Source of the DNA: Promethearchaeum syntrophicum
GTDB taxonomy: Archaea; Asgardarchaeota; Lokiarchaeia; Sigyniarchaeales; Promethearchaeaceae
Reading direction: 5' to 3'
Assembly (NCBI RefSeq): GCF_008000775.2
Contig: NZ_CP042905.2
Coordinates: 1,050,001 to 1,082,000, forward strand
DNA length: 32,000 nucleotides
Numbering within the stretch: position 1 is the stretch's first letter; every line of letters begins with the position of its first letter. The notes beneath the pieces were generated by a model. The model ran no database searches, was not told where the DNA came from, and saw nothing but the letters and a program-made list of their open reading frames with translations. The translations under genes and the position numbers were made by a program. Below, piece by piece: positions 7,370 to 14,902 of the stretch.

Positions 7370-10300
7370 ATGAGAAATGGAAATAAAAATAGAACACTTA
7401 GTCAAATTACACTAATTATACTAGGAATTTGTATCATTCTTATATCAAGCATTGAAACTCATGCATCATATAATAATCCTGCACAAAACCAAGAGAAAAA
7501 TATTGAAATAAAAGCAGCAACGTTTCTTATTTCACATGACCCAATTCGAATAGATGGTAATAATGCATTAGAATCTTTTTGTGCTGGAAATGGAACTGAT
7601 GGCCTATCTTGGGAAACTGCCTTTAAAATCGAAAATTATTCAATTATTTCAGGAGAGGAATCGGGAATTTCTATAAATAATACTGATAGATTTCTAATAA
7701 TTAACAACTGTTCGATTGAAAATTTTTGGGATACAAATTATGGTGCTACTGATAATGGGATTAAAATTCTAAATTGCTCAAATATTAAAATAACGGATTG
7801 TTCTTTGACAAATAACACATTGGGGATCTTTTTAGACTCATCAACCGATATTACTTTAATCCAAAATAATTGTTCACATAATGATTGGGGATTTACCTTA
7901 TTGCGCTCCGAAAATAATACCCTATTTAATAATACTGCATTATATAATGAACATGATGGAATTAGAATATGTGAAGGTGACTATAATAATATTACTTCTA
8001 ATGTTGCTAATTTTAATTATCAGAATGGTATAAATATTGCTTCACATTTTCCTCATATTGGTTATGCACATAGTTATGGGAATTCCATTGTGAATAATTT
8101 ATTAATGCAAAATCAAGATGATGGTATTCAAATAGAATATTCTGATTCTAATTCAGTGTTAAATAACTTTGTATTCAATAATGGAAATTCTGGAATTAGC
8201 TTACAAGATTCTTCTCAGAACATTTTATCACTTAACGTAATAGATAGAAATAATAACGAAGGAATTGAAATTGAAGATGGATCTAATTGGAATTTGATTA
8301 CAAAAAATAAAATTAGTAATAATAGTTACGGAATCATGATCAGTCTTTCAAGTTATAATACTATTGGAGAAAACTTGATTGTCAATCATAGTCATAATGG
8401 GATTTTAATTTTTCATATGTTTGAAGATCATTTAGAGCAAAATATTTATGGAAATACTTTTGAAAATAATTCAGGAAATATAGCATATATACAAGTGAGT
8501 TCTGGCCGCTATGAACCCCCCTATGAATATATTGGTCTTGCAGTTTTAATTATTGGTATCGTAATCTTTCCACTTATTTATAGAAAAAAAATAAAAAAAA
8601 ATTTGATTGAGAGTGATTCCAAATTAATTTATAAAATTCTTAAAATTGCCCTTTGGATATCAATAGTTTTCACTATGGCAATATTGATTTTTGTTAGCTA
8701 TGGAGCACCAATTTTTCTGGTCGATATTCCAATTTTGATTATTGTCCTATTGGTTTTGAATCGAAAAAAAATAACAAAGCGAAGGAAAAAATTCATTGCT
8801 GAGCGTGAAATTAAGAAAAGCGAACAAAAAATTGCTAAAGCGAATAAATCTAAAGAAGCAATTGAAGAGAAGAATGAAAAACCCATTAAATCTAAGAAAA
8901 AAAGTTTAAAATCTTCAAAAATTTTGATAAAAAATATGAATCGGAAAGATTCTAAATTAATTAATAAAATTCTTAGAGTATTTTTATGGTTTGTTATGGT
9001 ATGTCTATTTATACTTCTCAGTATCTTTACACTTGGAATATTTGATATTATTGTGATCATTATTTTGATTATTTATAATAAAAAGACCAAATATTATTTT
9101 AATAATTTAAGATCCAATAAATTCATTAAAAGAGGTCAAAAGAGAACTATAAAAGCCATAAATTATGCAAAAATGCATTATTATAAAAAATCCCGATATT
9201 ATTGGTTAAGGTCGGAACGAAATTATCATCGAGCTCTAAGAATAATACCAGATTTTCATAAAATTGATTTTCTTGAGAAAAAAATAATTTCCATTAAACA
9301 GAATACATTAGCTACCTATCTATCTGAAGGGATTGTTTTAAGTAAAATTGCTTGGTTCCAATTTCAGGAAAATAACTTTTCCCAAGCAAAGAAACAATAT
9401 TCTAAGAGTATTACGTTAATTGAAGGAGTCTTAAAAAATATTGACACAGATTATGTTTTCAACCAAAAAGTAGAGTTTCCAATTACGGCCTCCTTAATTT
9501 TTGAAATTTTGCAATTTTTAAGGAAAAACACAGAACAAATTAAAAATAAAGCAAATTATAAAAACAAATCAAAGGTTTTTATAAAATCCAGTGATATACA
9601 AGAGATAAATGAGAAAATTGTTAAATCTTTAAAGGAAACGAATGAATCTTTATGGATTTATTGTCAATCTCTTGACTCTTATGAGGATTTAATCAATTTA
9701 GAAGGATTATCGAATCTATTGGAAAATAAATTAACAAAATCAGAAAAGATGTTGTTATCCGCTCAAGACCAAATGCAATATTTATTAGCATACATGCAGA
9801 GATCAACCAATAGATTTGAGAGAAAGGGTATTGAAACAAAATCAATAGCGATGAATAAAAACCGCACTTCGGAACAAGAAAGATTTGAAAATAAACATCT
9901 GAATATTATTCGAGAATATGAATATATCGGAGGTAAAATTCGCTTGAAAGTTGGTATTGTGAATCATTCAGATAATGTACTAACAAATTTAGCTCTAAGA
10001 TTCGATTTACCTGATGCTTTAAAGTGGATTATCCATGAACCGAACTTAAAACGCAGAGGTGATACGATTCATATTGCAAGGTTGGGAGGAAATGAAAAAA
10101 TAGCCATATCTCTTTATTTGGAGCCTATCAACTGTTTAGAAAGTATGATTAATGCAACTTTAACCTATTTTGATTCAAAAGATCAACCTCAAGCAGTTAT
10201 TATGACACCGAAAAAAGTTTCGATATCCTGTCCAATTTTCTTTACACGAGAAGAAGCCAACATAGCGCGTGTAAAAAAAATACAATTGCAACTGAAATAT

Positions 10301-10771
10301 GAAGATCATAAAATTTTCCCACTGGTTAAATCGAATAAATCTGAGTTAATTTTTAACAAAATACTAGGCTCTATTGGAAAACATGATGTCAAATTAGTTC
10401 AAAAAGAATTCTCACTTGACAATAACAAGGGTGAAGCATATTTCTATGGAGTAACCAAAGTGAAGAAGGATAAAATGATAATTCATTTAATATTGGATTC
10501 AAATCATCAAATTATTGAAATATCCGTGAATGGCGATGAACAAGAACCTATTACAGGGCTGCTTGCTGAACTTGAAAGCGAAATTCGCGATAAATTGCTT
10601 GTTCATAATATCATTGAAGATTCTGATAAATTCCATGATATTAATACATCAATTCTTTTGGGGAATTGTCCTTTTTGTAACGGTCCCATTTCACAAAGTA
10701 ATATTGCATTTTTCAAGAAAGGAGAAACGATATCATGCAAATATTGTGATACTACTTTAAGTCCCTATTAA
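7370..10771 (+). CDS. 1133-aa multidomain membrane protein: signal/anchor, extracellular parallel beta-helix (PbH1/CASH/NosD-like repeats), 5 further predicted TM segments including a duplicated TM hairpin, Lys-rich linker, large cytoplasmic region, C-terminal CxxC-x19-CxxC zinc ribbon
   Basis: N-terminal hydrophobic segment LSQITLIILGICIILISS. About 12 repeats of roughly 22 aa of the form N.s.N..GI.l..s..N.i..N between aa 85 and 375, carrying about a dozen N-x-S/T sequons. TM segments at about aa 388-404, 422-466 and 533-569. C-terminus CPFCNGP...SCKYCDTTL. AAGGAG lies 10 nt upstream of the ATG. Confidence 0.85.
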   Translation: MRNGNKNRTLSQITLIILGICIILISSIETHASYNNPAQNQEKNIEIKAATFLISHDPIRIDGNNALESFCAGNGTDGLSWETAFKIENYSIISGEESGISINNTDRFLIINNCSIENFWDTNYGATDNGIKILNCSNIKITDCSLTNNTLGIFLDSSTDITLIQNNCSHNDWGFTLLRSENNTLFNNTALYNEHDGIRICEGDYNNITSNVANFNYQNGINIASHFPHIGYAHSYGNSIVNNLLMQNQDDGIQIEYSDSNSVLNNFVFNNGNSGISLQDSSQNILSLNVIDRNNNEGIEIEDGSNWNLITKNKISNNSYGIMISLSSYNTIGENLIVNHSHNGILIFHMFEDHLEQNIYGNTFENNSGNIAYIQVSSGRYEPPYEYIGLAVLIIGIVIFPLIYRKKIKKNLIESDSKLIYKILKIALWISIVFTMAILIFVSYGAPIFLVDIPILIIVLLVLNRKKITKRRKKFIAEREIKKSEQKIAKANKSKEAIEEKNEKPIKSKKKSLKSSKILIKNMNRKDSKLINKILRVFLWFVMVCLFILLSIFTLGIFDIIVIIILIIYNKKTKYYFNNLRSNKFIKRGQKRTIKAINYAKMHYYKKSRYYWLRSERNYHRALRIIPDFHKIDFLEKKIISIKQNTLATYLSEGIVLSKIAWFQFQENNFSQAKKQYSKSITLIEGVLKNIDTDYVFNQKVEFPITASLIFEILQFLRKNTEQIKNKANYKNKSKVFIKSSDIQEINEKIVKSLKETNESLWIYCQSLDSYEDLINLEGLSNLLENKLTKSEKMLLSAQDQMQYLLAYMQRSTNRFERKGIETKSIAMNKNRTSEQERFENKHLNIIREYEYIGGKIRLKVGIVNHSDNVLTNLALRFDLPDALKWIIHEPNLKRRGDTIHIARLGGNEKIAISLYLEPINCLESMINATLTYFDSKDQPQAVIMTPKKVSISCPIFFTREEANIARVKKIQLQLKYEDHKIFPLVKSNKSELIFNKILGSIGKHDVKLVQKEFSLDNNKGEAYFYGVTKVKKDKMIIHLILDSNHQIIEISVNGDEQEPITGLLAELESEIRDKLLVHNIIEDSDKFHDINTSILLGNCPFCNGPISQSNIAFFKKGETISCKYCDTTLSPY
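8615..8770 (+). repeat. Intragenic duplicated module, copy 1 (DSKLIYKILKIALW... TM hairpin ...NRKK)
   Basis: Protein and DNA similarity to copy 2. GATTCCAAATTAATTTATAAAATTCTTAAA versus GATTCTAAATTAATTAATAAAATTCTTAGA; DSKLIyKILkiaLW versus DSKLInKILrvfLW. Confidence 0.6.
8948..9085 (+). repeat. Intragenic duplicated module, copy 2 (DSKLINKILRVFLW... TM hairpin ...YNKK)
   Basis: See copy 1. The copies are separated by a Lys/Glu-rich linker (KRRKKFIAEREIKKSEQKIAKANKSKEAIEEKNEKPIKSKKKSLKSSK). Confidence 0.6.
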
Positions 10772-10812
10772 AATTGTGAAAATGGGAAGATATTACAAGC
10801 TCGTTTCTTTTA

Positions 10813-10825
10813 TTTTTTTATTTTT
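10813..10825 (+). terminator. T-rich tract (T7 A T5) downstream of the 1133-aa gene
   Basis: TTTTTTTATTTTT read directly about 40 nt after the stop at 10771, in a convergent intergenic region. Confidence 0.3.
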
Positions 10826-10848
10826 ACTTTTACTTAGATCCTAATCAG

Positions 10849-11481
10849 TTATAGCAAATTAATAAAATTGTTCAGCAAAATGGTTCCATCTTTAAACGTT
10901 AATGGATCATCGGGGTATTCTGGATGAAACTGGACTCCGAATATTTGTTGAGATTTATGTTTAATTATTTGAATTTTACAAGATGGGCTGGAAGCATATA
11001 TAGTGAAGATTTCTAAAAATTTTGGAACGAATTTGATTTCTTCAAAATGACTTTCGTACACATGGATTTGATCCGTTGGGAATAATTCAAAATTGGGATT
11101 GATATTTAGAAATAAAGATTTTTCATTTTCAATATTCGTATCTGTATTATTAATTGCTATGATTTCAAAACCAAAGGCACATGCGATTAAATGTATACCA
11201 AAACATATACCTAATATTGGTTTTTCATATTCCCTAATGATTTTCTTTTCCGTTTGATATTTTTCAATTATTTTTTTATCAGATAACATTTGATATGAAC
11301 CTGTTAAAAGTAAACCATCCATTTTTTTCAAAATATCGTGTGTTTCATGGTTGTTTAATTGTGAGTAGTGTATATATTCCCAAATTAATTGTTCTTCACA
11401 ATTTTTAAAGGAATTGTTAAACCTTTCTTTGAATTTATCGATTTCTTTATCAAAATTAATTATTATTCCAAGATTTTTCAT
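10849..11481 (-). CDS. Class I (triad) glutamine amidotransferase, GMP-synthase-like GATase1 domain protein
   Basis: 210 aa. Nucleophile elbow PILGICFGIHLIA and the GVQFHPE His/Glu motif. Confidence 0.8.
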   Translation of the reverse strand: MKNLGIIINFDKEIDKFKERFNNSFKNCEEQLIWEYIHYSQLNNHETHDILKKMDGLLLTGSYQMLSDKKIIEKYQTEKKIIREYEKPILGICFGIHLIACAFGFEIIAINNTDTNIENEKSLFLNINPNFELFPTDQIHVYESHFEEIKFVPKFLEIFTIYASSPSCKIQIIKHKSQQIFGVQFHPEYPDDPLTFKDGTILLNNFINLL

Positions 11482-11607
11482 TAAACTATTGAAAGAAAAA
11501 TGCGACCCAATTTGAGATTTTCCAATATTTAAGACCAGAAAAAAAAAGGAAAAAAAAAGGTAAGGTATGAAAAGATGAGAGAAGATGAGATAAGAAAAAA
11601 AAATAAA

Positions 11608-12267
11608 TTATGCAGAAATTGGTAAATTGTTTACTTGATTGAATTTTCTACCACAATGTTCACAAAATGTATATTTGTTCTCTGTTAACATAGCTTTCAT
11701 TTTTGGTGTGAATTCTTCTCCACAATCTGTGCAGAAAAACTTTACTTCATTGTGGGATGAAGTTTTTGGGTGAGAAACAATCATTGTTCTTGAATTTAAT
11801 TCCTCAGATCTAGAAGTATATTCAGGTTGATTTACCCGAACTGTCTTCATTTCTTTAGGTCTTGTGACAACATATTTTCGAGGTTGATGATGATGCTGAT
11901 GATGATAATGATAGATTTTTTTATGCGTCTCTTCTTTGAACAATTTAGGATAGAATACATGAACAATTTGTTTTAAATTTGAAAGATAATTATCAACAAT
12001 TGTTGCTATGTCTTCTCCCCTTGAAATCAGTCCAATGGGCGCAGTTATAAATACAACAATTAATGTATAGAACATAATTGATAATCCCATAAAGGTTGCT
12101 TTCAAAATTTCAATAGTCAACAGGAAGGTTAATTTTAAAATTTCAAATGTAAACCAAATTGACAAAATCGTTATAACAATTGCAAGAATTAAACCAATAA
12201 TTCTTGTTTCTAAACCACCGCTTAAAAACCAGTTTTCAAGCGTATTCCATGAGTAATCGAGTATCAT
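11608..12267 (-). CDS. Membrane protein with a cytoplasmic His-rich tract and a C-terminal CxxC-x19-CxxC zinc ribbon
   Basis: 219 aa. Hydrophobic N-terminal half with at least 2 TM segments. YHYHHQHHHQ tract. C-terminus FCTDCGEEF...FCEHCGRKF. Confidence 0.7.
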   Translation of the reverse strand: MILDYSWNTLENWFLSGGLETRIIGLILAIVITILSIWFTFEILKLTFLLTIEILKATFMGLSIMFYTLIVVFITAPIGLISRGEDIATIVDNYLSNLKQIVHVFYPKLFKEETHKKIYHYHHQHHHQPRKYVVTRPKEMKTVRVNQPEYTSRSEELNSRTMIVSHPKTSSHNEVKFFCTDCGEEFTPKMKAMLTENKYTFCEHCGRKFNQVNNLPISA

Positions 12268-12497
12268 TTTTTTTTCACGTTATTTTTTATTAACTTAATT
12301 TAATCAAATAAGATAGCATTATTGAAATTATTAGGAGCCACTTTTTATCACCAGAATTTTTTATAATAAAAACTTGAAAACGAATACCATGAAGAATGCG
12401 AATCAGGTTTACTTCATTTAAAGATTTACTCGTCATAATTTGAATAAAAAAGATTAAAAATAAGAAAAAAAGGGAGATAAAAGGAAAAATTGTGTTA

Positions 12498-14531
12498 CTA
12501 TCCTTTTATCAAGGAGAATTCGTAATCAGCTAACCCAATTGTAGGACTAACTAATAGATAACAAAATTCTTCTGGTTCGACGAATCCCGCTAGATCAATT
12601 GGTGATTCTAATGCATTTTCTAGTTCACTCAATGTGAAATATATAATATCATGGTATTCCATCCCAAGGTCCGTTTCAACAGCTGTGATCATAGTGACAT
12701 AAAAATCAGTTTCAGCAGGTGGTGGTACTATGAAAGAAATAAGTCCATCCGCATCGTCGATTATTTCACCATTAAGTGCTATGTTATCCACCCACCAACC
12801 TGGATCTTCGTATCCCCAATCAGTCATATAACGGAATTGTAATTGAACCACTTGACCAGCATATGCAGAAAGGTCAAAACCCATGTTGATCCAACCTAGT
12901 GAATCACCACACAATCCAGGTAATTCTTCAGCGATGGCAGGATAACCTTCGTCCTCGATATCATAAGTCGTATATTCATTTGCTAAAGATGTCCAAGTAG
13001 TACCATAATCAGTGGAAATTTGCACAAATCCATAGTCCCAATTTGGTTCAATAATATATTTAGTGTCGAAACTAAACAAAGGTGAAGCACCATAGGCTGA
13101 CAAGTTAATTTCTGTATACAATTTAATATCACTCTCTGGAGCAGACGGAGTTGAATAATATTCGAGGTCGCCATCACCATCTTCATCAACTAATTCCCAT
13201 GTTGCCAAAGTGGCATAATTATCACCATCAAAATCAAAAGTGGTTATAAAACGATCATGAATGTTGCCCAATTTAATATAATCCGTTCCATAAGAGCCAG
13301 TCATATAAAACCCTGTTTTATCTTGGAGATAACTCACTGTTTCTCCCAATTCAACCCCCGTTACTGTATCATAGGGTTTATTTATATTGTATATCCGGAG
13401 ATAATCTACTGTGTTTAAATCAAACATCTCGTAATTGTACTTTCCATCGCCTATGGAATCGGTATGGAGTAAATTCGCAATGGTCCAATCGAGATAAATG
13501 TCCTCAAATTTTTCCGTATAACCAAAATGTGATAACGTATTCTCAATCCCTGCTACATCTGGAATTCCCGCTTGCACAAAATAACTTAGAAATTCAGCTC
13601 CAAAATGATCCGCTAGATATGCTGCCCACATGAAGGCTTGTCCATAATCCGCGAGAATATTCAAACCTCCTTGATCTCCCCATTCTGTTAGTGAATTGTC
13701 GGGAGTAGCCAAAAAGGCTTCGATATCACCCCAAGGGATATTATACCCGCACAATGGTTCAGCAAACATGGAGCATCCTTCATTCATCCATGATCCATCC
13801 AAAGGGTTATAATCATCATGAATTAAATGTTGATATTCATGGGCAAGTGTAGGTGCATAAACTGTTTCTTTTCGATTAGCAAAATCAGCCGAATCAATGG
13901 ATACGATATTGCGATCAAAAGCATCTTCAAATACTCCCCAATAAAATCCAACAACATAATATGGATATTGTTGATCGTAATATCCCTCATCACGAATGTT
14001 GGAAATCAGAATTACATTACGTCCGGTGGGTTCGAGGTAGAGATCTCCTAAAATGGAATCACTTCCGTTATGGAAATTAGGTGTTCCGAAATATTCGGTA
14101 TCTTTTGGATAAATATTGCTTTCAAATTCAGCTACAAACCATTCGGCGTCTTCAGTAGTAACAACAGGTGTTTCTCGTGAATCTGGATAGCTCATATCAA
14201 TTTGTACCCAAACTTCCGAAAGGTTACCTAGTGCCATTAATTGAAACGCATCGACAATTATTCCCCCTTCAGCATTGTCATCGCTGACATACCATTCCAA
14301 GGTATCTCCTACTAAGTAATAGGAATCACCAGAAGACTGTGGTGAGATACTAAGACTTGATGTCATTGGATATTCTGATATTTTTCTAGAGCGCAGTTCG
14401 GGACCCGCATCATAGGGTTTTTGTTCGACATATTCGGTATTCGGTGAGAGTAATGAGAAACTTGTAATTCCCCCAAAAATTCCTCCTACTATGATCGTTA
14501 CCAATAATATTGGAAAATATTTCGATTTCAT
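12498..14531 (-). CDS. Secreted zinc metalloprotease, M6 / immune inhibitor A (InhA)-like
   Basis: 677 aa. N-terminal signal/anchor KYFPILLVTIIVGGIFGG. HExxH in TLAHEYQHLIHDD followed by WMNEGCSMFAE, as in M6 peptidases. Acidic, Lys-poor mature region. Confidence 0.8.
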   Translation of the reverse strand: MKSKYFPILLVTIIVGGIFGGITSFSLLSPNTEYVEQKPYDAGPELRSRKISEYPMTSSLSISPQSSGDSYYLVGDTLEWYVSDDNAEGGIIVDAFQLMALGNLSEVWVQIDMSYPDSRETPVVTTEDAEWFVAEFESNIYPKDTEYFGTPNFHNGSDSILGDLYLEPTGRNVILISNIRDEGYYDQQYPYYVVGFYWGVFEDAFDRNIVSIDSADFANRKETVYAPTLAHEYQHLIHDDYNPLDGSWMNEGCSMFAEPLCGYNIPWGDIEAFLATPDNSLTEWGDQGGLNILADYGQAFMWAAYLADHFGAEFLSYFVQAGIPDVAGIENTLSHFGYTEKFEDIYLDWTIANLLHTDSIGDGKYNYEMFDLNTVDYLRIYNINKPYDTVTGVELGETVSYLQDKTGFYMTGSYGTDYIKLGNIHDRFITTFDFDGDNYATLATWELVDEDGDGDLEYYSTPSAPESDIKLYTEINLSAYGASPLFSFDTKYIIEPNWDYGFVQISTDYGTTWTSLANEYTTYDIEDEGYPAIAEELPGLCGDSLGWINMGFDLSAYAGQVVQLQFRYMTDWGYEDPGWWVDNIALNGEIIDDADGLISFIVPPPAETDFYVTMITAVETDLGMEYHDIIYFTLSELENALESPIDLAGFVEPEEFCYLLVSPTIGLADYEFSLIKG

Positions 14532-14902
14532 TTTTTTCCCCTTAATTTTTTCATATAGTTTTACCCATTTTTGTATATTATATTTAAAATCACACTATTT
14601 ATGGGTAGTTATGAGTTCTTTTTGATTTGTATATAAGAAGTCTAGAACACTTTTCCCCATTTCAAACAAACGGTTAATTATTCAAAATTTCAATTAAAAA
14701 TTCATGAAATAAAGTATCAGAGAATATATTGAAGAAGGGATTACTTAACTAGAGTAGGAAATTATATTGAAATCGTTAGAATTATTGATGAGGCTAACCT
14801 TAAGATTTTTAAATCTCAATCAGTTATTTTTATTTTCGACTTTCTGGAAAGTCTACCCACAAAATAAAAGGTTCTATAAAAATAAAATCAATCTTGGATA
14901 AA

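Noticed and set aside
7215-7397. ORF 7215-7397 (-), 60 aa, Phe-rich
   Set aside because: It is the antisense of the Lys/Glu-rich SPFH C-terminus and the operon junction. The poly-F/L translation is an AT-rich artefact.
7622-8494. Beta-helix coding region as a DNA-level tandem repeat or satellite
   Set aside because: The periodicity is at the protein level (units of about 22 aa) with diverged codons. I could not find long identical DNA units.
8698-9060. ORF 8698-9060 (-), 120 aa
   Set aside because: It is antisense to the Lys-rich linker and TM region of the 1133-aa gene, so it is a shadow ORF.
10530-10760. ORF 10530-10760 (+), 76 aa
   Set aside because: It is an alternative frame within the 1133-aa gene. 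The main frame carries the zinc ribbon and continues uninterrupted.
11886-11913. (GAT/GAT/GCT)n-like microsatellite
   Set aside because: It is simply the coding sequence of the His-rich tract on the minus strand. It is noted under the gene rather than as an independent repeat element.
12651-14051. ORFs 12651-12842 (+), 12983-13189 (-), 13827-14051 (+) within the M6 protease gene
   Set aside because: They are antisense or out of frame relative to a gene with an HExxH motif and a signal anchor. They have no independent support.
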